Shown here one piece after another: positions 29,440 through 39,000 of a stretch of 64,000 bases of DNA. The notes under the pieces were generated by a model. That model was not told the origin of the DNA. It searched no databases and saw nothing but the letters and a program-made list of their open reading frames with translations. Positions within the stretch are counted from its first letter, which is position 1. Every line of letters starts with the position of its first letter. This DNA comes from an uncultured Gemmatimonadales bacterium. Lineage in GTDB: Bacteria > Gemmatimonadota > Gemmatimonadetes > Gemmatimonadales > Gemmatimonadaceae. Both the position numbers and the translations under genes were made by a program. The stretch spans positions 114,712 through 178,711 of the forward strand of contig CAWBZV010000004.1 of NCBI GenBank assembly GCA_963793305.1, written 5' to 3'.

Positions 29440-30305
29440 CCTTGCTCCGCTCGCTCATCATCACCGCCTGCGCGCTCATGCTGCAGGTGAAGCCGAACAT
29501 TCACGGGAAAGTCCCGGTACTCGAGTATCACCTGGTCGGCGACCACGAGAGCATGTACTCGATAACGCGAGCGCACTTCCAGCACGATCTCGAGTTGCTC
29601 TACGCGCACGGCTACCGCCCGATCACGGTCTCGCAGCTCGTCGACAAGCAGATCGATGTCCCGCCGGGCATGTCGCCGGTCGTGTTCACGTTCGACGATG
29701 CCTCGCCGGAACAGTTCCGCTATATCGAGAAACCGGACGGAACGCTGGAGATCGACTCGACGTCGGCGATCGGCATCTGGCTCAAGTTCCACGCGCAGCA
29801 TCCGGACTGGCCCAATCGCGCCACGTTCTGCCTCCTGAGCGGCGCGAAAGCCGGCCACAACTTCTTCGGCTACACCGGCGTCCAAGGCCAAAAGACGTCC
29901 TGGCGCTTCAAGAAGGTGAAGTTCCTCGCCGATCAGGGCTTCGAGCTGTGCGACCACACGCTCTGGCACGCGCAGCTCAACAAGTACTCGGACGCGGTCG
30001 TCCAAGAGCAGATCGCGCGCAATCAGCTCGCGATCGACTCGGCGGTACCAGGCTATCATGTACGGACATTCGCGCTGCCACAGGGACTGTGGCCGAAGAA
30101 CCGGGACCTCGCGCACGAGGGGACCTGGAAGGACGTCCATTACCAGTTCGACGCGGTCCTGGAAGTCGCGGGTCCACCGGCGCCAAGCCCGTACGACTCG
30201 GCGTTTCATCCCCTGCGGATGCCGCGTATACAAGCCTTCGGCACCGCGGTCGATCGTATGGTGGCGGACCTGGATCGGACGGGCGATCGATTCGTCGCCA
30301 AATAG
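29436..30305 (+). CDS. Polysaccharide deacetylase family protein, exported
   Basis: VPVLEYH, VFTFDD, ELCDHTLWH, FALPQG. Confidence 0.8.
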   Translation: MTLLRSLIITACALMLQVKPNIHGKVPVLEYHLVGDHESMYSITRAHFQHDLELLYAHGYRPITVSQLVDKQIDVPPGMSPVVFTFDDASPEQFRYIEKPDGTLEIDSTSAIGIWLKFHAQHPDWPNRATFCLLSGAKAGHNFFGYTGVQGQKTSWRFKKVKFLADQGFELCDHTLWHAQLNKYSDAVVQEQIARNQLAIDSAVPGYHVRTFALPQGLWPKNRDLAHEGTWKDVHYQFDAVLEVAGPPAPSPYDSAFHPLRMPRIQAFGTAVDRMVADLDRTGDRFVAK

Positions 30306-30367
30306 GTCGAAGAGCCTACGGCAAACAACCTACGCCCAAAGCGCCCGCGAGGTATTAGCGTGGGCGC

Positions 30368-31177
30368 GTGCTCCCCATGCCCCCGCTGGCGGTGCTGGCG
30401 TTCCTCCCGCCGCCACTGCTCGCCCATCTGCGCGTCGTCCTGCAGCCGCACCATACGCTGACGGCCTTCGATGAATGGCCGCCGTTCGAGCAGGCGGTCC
30501 GACAGTCGACATGGGACGCGGTCGTCGCCGATCCATGCGCCGAGGGAGCGCTCAGGACGGATGACTTGGTGGCGCTCATCGAAGCGTATCCCTCGATCCC
30601 GCTGACGCTGTACTCGTGCGTGAGCCCCGGGACGCTCCGGTCGATCGCCGAGTTGGCGAGGTTCGGGCAGGGGGCGCACCCGATAGTGCTCCACCGTGTC
30701 GATGACGAGCCTCGCCGGTTCTTGGAGCTGCTCGAGCGTCAGCCAGCCAACGCGCTCTCTGCTTCGTTGCTGCGCCGTCTCGAACCGGGCCTCGACCAAC
30801 TCGCTCCGCCGCTCGCCCGCGCGGTCGAGCGCTTGATCCGCCGCCCCACGGTCTTTGTGACGGCGGGCGACCTCGCCGCCTCGGCCGATCTCACGGTGCG
30901 CACGGTCTACCGTCAGTTGGCCGCGGCCGGCTTCGAATCACCACGCACACTGATCGTCGGCGCGCGACTGCTGCGCGCCTATGCCTACTCGCGCGACCCT
31001 GGCCAGTCGCTCGAAAGTGTCGCCTCTCGCGTGGGCTACAGCGCGCCGCGCATGCTCACCCGGCACATGCGCGAGATCGTCGGCGTCACGCCACGCGCGG
31101 CGCGTCGACGCATTCCGGCCGAGGAGTTCGTGACGACGTTGGCCGGAAGACTGTACGCTAAAGCTTCCAGTTTTTAA
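30368..31177 (+). CDS. AraC-type HTH transcriptional regulator
   Basis: DLAASADLTVRTVYRQL and LESVASRVGYS..LTRHMREIVGVTP. Confidence 0.75.
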   Translation: MLPMPPLAVLAFLPPPLLAHLRVVLQPHHTLTAFDEWPPFEQAVRQSTWDAVVADPCAEGALRTDDLVALIEAYPSIPLTLYSCVSPGTLRSIAELARFGQGAHPIVLHRVDDEPRRFLELLERQPANALSASLLRRLEPGLDQLAPPLARAVERLIRRPTVFVTAGDLAASADLTVRTVYRQLAAAGFESPRTLIVGARLLRAYAYSRDPGQSLESVASRVGYSAPRMLTRHMREIVGVTPRAARRRIPAEEFVTTLAGRLYAKASSF

Positions 31178-31739
31178 GCGTCGAGATCGCGTTATCGAGT
31201 GCCGTTTCCTGCTCTGGAAGCGTCGCGCGCTTTCGGAGCTCGACGTACGCGTCGAGCGCGATACCGAGGGCGACCGGATCGTGTTCGGCGCCCGCTAGAC
31301 TCGCCGCGTTATCTGCCAGGGCCGCCAGGGCCAACTCATCGGCCGGGAACCGCTTGTGCACCTGCTGCCAGCGGGACATGCGATCCCTGGGGTCTGCCTC
31401 GGTGATCGCCCAGAGATGCCAGGCGCCCTGATGACGCGGATCGGCCGCAAGAGCTCGCGCGACCAGCTCCCCGACGGCTTCGGGCCCGCGCCCCGCCATC
31501 CAATACGCGCTCGCCAGAATGACCAGGGCGCGCGCATTATTGGGTTGAGCGGCCACGACTCGCTCGTAGAGGGGACCCGTTACCTCCGGGATGTCACGAA
31601 ATGGCTCGGCGGCGGCGATGAGCTCTTCGACGGAGGCTGCTTCCGCCGCAATGGCCAGTTGCTCGTGGAGCGCCGCGACATTCGCGTGGCGGCGGTAGGC
31701 GGACACGGCCGCCGCAACGCTAGGAGTGGCTTCAGGCAC
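31158..31739 (-). CDS. Hypothetical helical (TPR-like) protein
   Basis: Ala/Leu-rich helical repeats, e.g. RALAADPRH. Confidence 0.6.
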   Translation of the reverse strand: MPEATPSVAAAVSAYRRHANVAALHEQLAIAAEAASVEELIAAAEPFRDIPEVTGPLYERVVAAQPNNARALVILASAYWMAGRGPEAVGELVARALAADPRHQGAWHLWAITEADPRDRMSRWQQVHKRFPADELALAALADNAASLAGAEHDPVALGIALDAYVELRKRATLPEQETALDNAISTLKNWKL

Positions 31740-31945
31740 GCGGGAAAAATAGCGGGTGAACGCGCTACCCTTGCGATTTTACGGGAGACCGGCGATACTC
31801 GTATCTTCAGATGGGGGTAAGATTCGAGGATGCCGAATCACCCCGCTCCAAGCTCCATATCGCGCGTGAACGATCCGCGCTCCGAGGAAATCAGTAGCGC
31901 ATTTTCCTGCGCGATACTCGCACGACCACATACCAAGACAGGTGC

Positions 31946-33523
31946 ATGAACGAACGTCGACGTCCCCATCGTCGCGGCCGTGGGCCTCGCCCGTACGGCC
32001 GTCAGCAACAAGAGGGCGAACCCAATCCCTATCGTGACGCTCCCGATGAAGGGACGAGCCCCGATACAGTTGCTGCAACGGGTGTGAGCCAACCACCCGA
32101 TTCCGATCCGTCCCCAAGCGCGAACGAATCCCCGCCGGCGCCCCGAGAGGCTGCCGATGATGCGACGGGATTCGTGTCAGGGCCCGCCGAGGCGGCCCCC
32201 GCTCCCGGACCTTCTACTTCCGAGCCCTCACAGGGCCGGCCTGACGGTGGCTACCAGAGTCACCCCCAGCGCAACCAACACAACAATCACCAGCACAATG
32301 GCCGCCGCCAGCAGCAGCAGCAGCAAGGTGGCGGACGTGGCCGGCGCAATCGCGGACCGCGGCGCGAGCACGTCGTTCCGCAGGGTCCGCCGGTGCCGAT
32401 TACGCCTGACGGCGAGACCGTCGGCTGGTTCGATTCCTCGCGTGACGGTGGCTACATACGACGCGCGGCAAATAGCTATCTGGCCGATAGCGGCGACGCG
32501 TTCGTGCCGACGCACTTGGTGCGGCAGTATGCGCTCCGGCGCGGCGACGCAGTGGTCGGTACGGTTGGCCGCGATCAACGCGGCCGCGTCACTCTGGTCG
32601 AGGCGACCCGTATCAACGATTCCGATCCCGCACTGATGCTGCGGCGGCCGGATTTCAGCTCGCTCACGGCCGAGTACCCGGACCGGAAGATGTTTCTCGA
32701 GACTGGCCGGCCGGCCAAGGGCGGACCGGAGCTCACCCGGCGAGCGCTCGATCTCATCGCGCCGGTCGGCTATGGCCAACGGGCGTTGATCGTCGCGCCG
32801 GCGCGAGCCGGCAAGACCATGCTCCTCCAGGCGGTCACGGAGGGCGTGGCGCTCAACCATCCGAACGCCGTGCTGCTCGTGCTGCTCGTCGACGAGCGGC
32901 CCGAGGAAGTGAGCGAGATGATCACGTGGGGCTACGGCGAGGTCGTGGCGTCGAGCTTCGACATGCCGGCCGAGCGCCATGTTGATGTCGCTGACATGGT
33001 CCTGGAAAGAGCCCGGCGGCTCGTCGAGATGGGCAAGGATGTCGTGATCGTGTTGGATTCGATTACACGACTGGCCCGGGCCCATAACACCGTCGAGCGG
33101 GGGACTGGACGAACCTTGTCGGGTGGTCTCGACGCGACCGCCATGGCGAAACCCAAGGCGTTCTTCGGCTCGGCCCGAGCAGTGGCGGCAAACGTCGGCG
33201 GCGGGTCGCTCACGATTATCGCCACCGCGCTCGTCGAGACCGGCTCGCGGATGGACGACGTGATCTTCGAAGAGTTCAAGGGCACCGGCAACTCGGAGAT
33301 CAAGCTGGACCGGTCACTGTCCGAGAAGCGCATTTTCCCGGCCTTCGACATCGCGACCAGCGGGACCCGGCGCGAGGAAAAGCTGTTCCGGCCCGATCAG
33401 CTGGACAGCGTCTATACGCTGCGGCGCGGGCTCCAGCAGATGCCCCCCCAGTCGGCAATGGAATGGCTGATCAAGCGGATCGCCGCGACGACAAATAACG
33501 ACGCCCTGCTAACGGGACTATAG
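31946..33523 (+). CDS. rho: Transcription termination factor Rho with long low-complexity N-terminal extension
   Basis: DLIAPVGYGQRALIVAPARAGKT, DERPEEV, LDSITRLARA, FEEFKGTGN, SGTRREE. Confidence 0.95.
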   Translation: MNERRRPHRRGRGPRPYGRQQQEGEPNPYRDAPDEGTSPDTVAATGVSQPPDSDPSPSANESPPAPREAADDATGFVSGPAEAAPAPGPSTSEPSQGRPDGGYQSHPQRNQHNNHQHNGRRQQQQQQGGGRGRRNRGPRREHVVPQGPPVPITPDGETVGWFDSSRDGGYIRRAANSYLADSGDAFVPTHLVRQYALRRGDAVVGTVGRDQRGRVTLVEATRINDSDPALMLRRPDFSSLTAEYPDRKMFLETGRPAKGGPELTRRALDLIAPVGYGQRALIVAPARAGKTMLLQAVTEGVALNHPNAVLLVLLVDERPEEVSEMITWGYGEVVASSFDMPAERHVDVADMVLERARRLVEMGKDVVIVLDSITRLARAHNTVERGTGRTLSGGLDATAMAKPKAFFGSARAVAANVGGGSLTIIATALVETGSRMDDVIFEEFKGTGNSEIKLDRSLSEKRIFPAFDIATSGTRREEKLFRPDQLDSVYTLRRGLQQMPPQSAMEWLIKRIAATTNNDALLTGL

Positions 33524-33567
33524 ACGATCAGTCGGGAACGCCCGGGCGAGCCGCAGGCGAGCAGGTC

Positions 33568-33619
33568 AACCGACCAGTCGAGCGGCGCAACGCGACGCAT
33601 CGACGTGCCGCGGAGCGGC
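33568..33619 (+). repeat. Dispersed structured intergenic repeat, copy 3
   Basis: AACCGACCAGTCGAGC..ATCGACGTGCCGCGGAGCGGC, reverse complement of copies 1 and 2. Confidence 0.85.
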
Positions 33620-33661
33620 ACGTAGCGGCGGGACCGGCCCACGCCTTGCTAATTTGCCGGC

Positions 33662-36001
33662 GTGATCCGTGTCAGGGGCGTAGCGTTTGCATTGGTATTG
33701 GGTACCGCGGCGGCCGCGCAGCCGCCGCGGACGCTTACGCGTCGTGATCGCCCCGAGGTCACCAGCGTCAAAATCGTTGGCCTGAATCACCTCGACGCCG
33801 GCGCGCTCGCCGACGGCCTCGTCACGCACGCCTCGCACTGCAAGAATCTGCTGCTCGACCCATTCTGCCTGGTCTGGAAGACGCCGCTGTTCTACGAGCA
33901 CGACTACCTCGACCGTACCGAGCTCAAACGCGATGTCCTCCGGACGCTGATCTTCTTGTATCGCCACGGCTATCACGACGCGATTGTCGATACCGTTCTG
34001 ACGCCGCCGGCGGGTCTCACCGTCGCGGTCACATTCAAGGTGATCGAGGGCCCGCCGACGATTCTCACGGCGGTCGAGATCGACACGCCACCGCACCTGT
34101 TGTCGAAAAAGGAGCTCGGTCCCGACGTTGTCCCGCTCCACATCGGCCAGCCGTTCGATCTCTTTCAGCTCGACTCGGCCATCAACGATATCCAAAGCGC
34201 GCTCTGGACGCGGGGATACGCCGATGCGCGCGTAGACACCTCGACCGTGATGTCGCAGGGCGACAGCGGCAAGCCCCACGTCGCGCTGCGCATGAAAGTC
34301 GTGCAGGGCCGGATCAATACGGTGGGCACCATCGCGATTGCCGGCGAAAAGAAAGTCTCGGAGTCGGTCATTCGCCGATCCCTCGGATTCCACGAAGGCC
34401 AGATCTACAAGCGCGGCCAAAGCTCGGCCAATCAGCGCACCCTGTACCAGTCCGGCATGTTCCGAAAGGCCGTGATCACGGCGCCCAAAGACACGATGCC
34501 CGGCCGTGACAGCGTGCGCGACGTGCAGGTCGAGGTCAACGAAGCGCCGCTGCACGATTTCCAAGGACAGTTTGGGTTCAACACCGTCGAATTCGTGCAA
34601 GTCTCCGGCCGTCTCACGACCTACAATTTTCTGGGCGGCGGGCGACAGCTCATCGTGTCGGGCGGGCTCGCCAACCTGTTCGCCCCGGCACTCAACGGCC
34701 AGCTCTTCTTCACTGACGTCATCCGCCAGTCGGGCGCCGGCAATTTCGGGCTCGACACGAGGCCGTACCTCCAACCGACGTGGCAGATCGGCGTCGACCT
34801 CGTGCAGCCGTGGTTTCTGACGACCGATAATTCCTTGGGCGCCGGCGTGTTCGCGCACCGCCGGAGCGCGCCGGGGGTGTACGTGGACTACGGCTACGGC
34901 GGGAACGCGACCTTCACGCGCCACGTGTTGGACCGCGGCGATCTCAGCCTCCGCTACCAGTTCGAGGAGACGCGCACGGATGCCGATGAGGTCTACTTCT
35001 GCGTCAACTTCGGTATCTGCGACCAACCCACCCTCGCGACGTTCAATGAGCGATGGCAAAAGCTGTCGCCCGTCTCTCTCGGCCTGAACATTGATCACTC
35101 GAACAACCAGTTCTATCCGACCGGATATCCAACCGGCGGCTTCACCATCAAGAGCGAGCTCCAGGACGCGTCGTCGTTCACGGGGTCCGACTGGCGGTAC
35201 GACCGGGCGGCCCTCGACGCGGCGTGGTATCACGCCCTCGGACTCCATCACGCCGTGCTGGCGCTCCATGCGCACGCCGGCTGGGTGCGGCCGCAGAGCA
35301 CCACGGGCAAAGCCCTCGGCGAGGACAGCAACGCGGAGCTGCTCAATCCGCGCGTGCGTTTCTACGCGGGCGGCGCGAACTCCGTGCGCGGATTCGGCGA
35401 GAACCTGCTCGGGCCGCGCATCCTGACCATCCCGCCGGACTCGCTGCGCTACAAGACGGTGCAGTTCAGCCCGCACATCACAAAGCTCTTCGTCTTCTGC
35501 AAGCCGTCGATCGCAATCCAAAGCTGTCCGCTGGATCCCGCGCCGATTCCCTTCCCGGAGGGGAACGGAAAACACGGCAACGCGGTCTTAAGTGACCAGG
35601 AGTTCACCGTCCGGCCGCTCGGCGGCAACCAGATCATCGAGGGGAGCGTCGAGTACCGGTTTCCGCTCGTCGGTGCGCTCGGCGCCGCGACATTCGTCGA
35701 CGGCGCGCTCGTCGGCGCCGGTACCGGGAACCAGCTCGAGCCCATACACGCGTCGGGCGCGGTCACGCCCGGTATCGGCGTTCGCTACTATTCATTGGTC
35801 GGCGCGATTCGCATCGACCTGGGGCTCGACCCGATCACCACCGAGGAGCTCGTGGTCCTGACGCAAACCGGCGTCGGGCCGACCGCGCACCTGGTCGAAG
35901 TCGGCGGGCGCCGGACCTATGCGCCAGCGCTTACCGAAGCCGGGTTCAACGGGTTCTTCAATCGCGTGACCCTGCACCTTTCGATCGGGCAGGCCTTCTG
36001 A
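33662..36001 (+). CDS. Omp85 family (TamA/BamA-like) outer membrane protein
   Basis: POTRA-like N-terminus, RFYAGGANSVRGF, EYRFP, GAIRIDLG, terminal SIGQAF. Confidence 0.9.
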   Translation: MIRVRGVAFALVLGTAAAAQPPRTLTRRDRPEVTSVKIVGLNHLDAGALADGLVTHASHCKNLLLDPFCLVWKTPLFYEHDYLDRTELKRDVLRTLIFLYRHGYHDAIVDTVLTPPAGLTVAVTFKVIEGPPTILTAVEIDTPPHLLSKKELGPDVVPLHIGQPFDLFQLDSAINDIQSALWTRGYADARVDTSTVMSQGDSGKPHVALRMKVVQGRINTVGTIAIAGEKKVSESVIRRSLGFHEGQIYKRGQSSANQRTLYQSGMFRKAVITAPKDTMPGRDSVRDVQVEVNEAPLHDFQGQFGFNTVEFVQVSGRLTTYNFLGGGRQLIVSGGLANLFAPALNGQLFFTDVIRQSGAGNFGLDTRPYLQPTWQIGVDLVQPWFLTTDNSLGAGVFAHRRSAPGVYVDYGYGGNATFTRHVLDRGDLSLRYQFEETRTDADEVYFCVNFGICDQPTLATFNERWQKLSPVSLGLNIDHSNNQFYPTGYPTGGFTIKSELQDASSFTGSDWRYDRAALDAAWYHALGLHHAVLALHAHAGWVRPQSTTGKALGEDSNAELLNPRVRFYAGGANSVRGFGENLLGPRILTIPPDSLRYKTVQFSPHITKLFVFCKPSIAIQSCPLDPAPIPFPEGNGKHGNAVLSDQEFTVRPLGGNQIIEGSVEYRFPLVGALGAATFVDGALVGAGTGNQLEPIHASGAVTPGIGVRYYSLVGAIRIDLGLDPITTEELVVLTQTGVGPTAHLVEVGGRRTYAPALTEAGFNGFFNRVTLHLSIGQAF

Positions 36002-39000
36002 TGCGCGTGTTCCGCTGGGGTCTCATTGCCATCGCGTTGTTGCTCTCGGCCGCCGTCGCGGCAGCGATGATCGCGACCCAGACGGACTTCGGGCGCGATC
36101 TCGTCAAGCGGATCGCGCTCAATGCCGCGAGCAAAGCCATTCATGGGCGCGTGCAGCTCGGGCACCTGAGCGGCGATCTCCTGAGTCACGCGACGATCGA
36201 CACGCTCGTCATCACCGACTCGACCGGCGCGCCCTTCGTGAGCGCACGGCGCGTCTCGGTGCACTACGGCATCCCCAACCTGCTCAAAAAGCGACTCTGG
36301 CTGCGGAACGTCGAGCTCGACGACCCGGTCATTGTGCTCGACCAATCAGCCAACGGCGCCTGGAACTTCTCTCGAATCTTTCCCTCATCACATACGGCGA
36401 AAGACACGAGCACGCGCGGGTTCGGCGACTGGGTCCAGATTCGGGGTCTGCGCATCGTGAACGGCCGCGTCATCGTTCGGCAACCACGCAAGAGCGACAA
36501 TCCGCGACTCGTCATTTTGGGGAATCAACAGATCACCGAGGTCGATCGGCTCAACGCCGAGTTGCCTTTGGTCCGCATCGCCGACCCGGCGCAGAAATCG
36601 AAATTGGCGCAGATCGCGTCGCTCAATGCCGACCTGGCGTTGTTCAAGCCACCCCTCGCGCGAATCGACAACCTCGCCGCTACGATCCAGATCGACAGCG
36701 ACTCGCTATGGCTGCACGGCGCCCGGTTGGCGATGCCCGGGTCCAGCGTGCAGGACATCAGCACGCGATACGGCCTCGAGACCGGCGACCTCGCGCTCGA
36801 CCTTCGCGCCGCACCAGTGGCTTTGAATGCGCTTCGATTTGCCTACCCGCCACTGCCGACCGAGGGGACGCTCGCGGCAGGCGTCGACGTCCGGTGGCGC
36901 GGCAAGGCCCAGGATTACGCTGTGCGCGACCTGGACGTCCGATCGGGATCTGCCCACGCGGTGGGTCACGCACAGGCGCACATGGGCGACTCGATAGCGG
37001 TCCATGACACCCACATCGTGTTCGGCGGTGTCGACACGCGCCTCATCGAGCGCGTCGTCCCCGGCACGCATCTGCCACATCAAGGCATCGCATCAGGGAG
37101 CTTCACCGTCGACGGCAGCGTGCGCGACGCGAAGCTGGACGCCGACCTCGGGTTCGACGATACCGAGTCCGGCATGAGCCACCTGAACGCCGTCGGCACG
37201 ATCGGCATGGACAGCTCGGCCCACGGTCGGGTGCTTCACGCGCGCCATCTCGCGCTCACGCTCGACCAGGTACAGGTCGAGCTCGCGCAGACGTTCGTGA
37301 AGAACCTGCCGGTCGGCGGCGCCATCTCGGGCCACATGGACCTCGACGGCGCGACGAACACGGCGATCGTTGCCGACGCCGACCTCACGCACGTCTACCG
37401 CGGGCAAACATTGCACGTGACCGCCACGGCGAACGCGCAATTCGCGGGGCGGCCACGGACGCATCCCTGGCTCGACATCGACGCGACGCTCAATCCCTTC
37501 TCGCTCGTCACGGCGGGACGATTCGTGCCGGCCGCCGGGCTGCAAGGGTCGGTCTCGGGCACGACGCGCGTGACGGGTGACATGGGTGACCTCACCGTGC
37601 ACTCGCACCTCGTCGCCTCCGGTCCGACGCTCAGGCCGCCCGCGCCGCTGATCACGCAACCCATCGCGCCACTCGACACGTTGCCCGCCCCGGTGCTTCG
37701 CACCGAGCGCGCACCAGGCATGACAGCCGCGACTGACTCCGCACGCCACGGTCCGGGCACGACCCTGGCTCAAGCCGTCGCCAACGGGGAGGTCAGCGAG
37801 ACCGAGGTGCACCAGGGTCAGCTCGCACCACCCGGGCAGCGCCAGTTCGAACCATTCTCGGCAGCTTCCGTCCACGCAGTTATCGTCGGACCAAAACAGT
37901 ACGCGGTCGCCGCAGGCGCTGCGCTATTCGCTCTACCCGGGGACGCTCGGCGCGAGCCATCCGGATACCGAGGTGGCCGTAGGCGATACCGCCGGCCTGA
38001 TCGCGGTCGATGGCCACGTCGACATGGCGTCGAAAGAACGCACGTACGACCTCATCGCCCGAGCGTATTTGTTCAACGCCAACGCCGTAACGACAAAGGC
38101 CCCGCCGACGGCGATCACCGCGACGGCGGCGGTGAAAGGCCACGGCACGGACCTGGCGACGATGCAAGCAACCGTCGCCGCGAATCTCGCTGCTTCGGCG
38201 ATCGATAGCGTAACCGTAGACTCACTCGTCCTGCGCGGCGCCATCGACAAGGGTGTCGCCCGCGTCGACACCGCGCACGTGAGACTCCGCGCGGCCTCCG
38301 CCGATGTCACCGGCACACTCGGCGTCACCGCCAAGTCGACGGGCCACCTGACGTACGAGATGACGCTAGACTCCCTGTCCGCGCTGCGACGGTTCCTTCC
38401 GTCAGACACGGGGTCATTCCGCCCCGGCCCGGGCAGACTCGCCCAGGCCTACGCGCGCACCCAGGGTGATACCGGAACCGGCGAGCTGACGCCAGAGCGA
38501 CAGCTGGCCATGGACACGGCTGCCATGCGTCGCGACCTGCTGTCGGGCTGGGCCCACGCCGCGGGTCAAATCGACGGCTCGATCCAAAAGTTCGACGTCC
38601 GCGGCCGACTCGGCGCGTCCAACGTGATAGCGCACGGCAACTCCATACGACGACTCCGCGCCGACTATGCCTGGCTCGGCGCCCCCAACATCGCGGCGCC
38701 GCTCATCCTCGCGGCCCAACTCGACACGGTCAGCGTCGGCACGTTCGAGCTCGACAGCATCGACGCCCGCGTCGTCTATCACAAGCCCGAAGGTTCGGTG
38801 CTCTTCCTCGTGCGCCAGCGCGGAATCCCGGAGCAACCCGGCGGCCCGCCGACGCACGACCAGGAGTACGCCGCGAACCTGGATTTCGCGTTCCGCCCGG
38901 AGGAACGACGCCTCCGATTCGACGCCATGTCACTCACGTTCGACACCACGACGTGGACCGCGCCAGGTGCGCCGGCGCCACCGGCCGTCGTCGAGTGGGG

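Noticed and set aside
33566..35575. Long antisense ORFs (also 17840-19507, 53517-54941, 9995-11020)
   Set aside because: Shadow frames of well-supported genes in high-GC DNA with no recognisable motifs.
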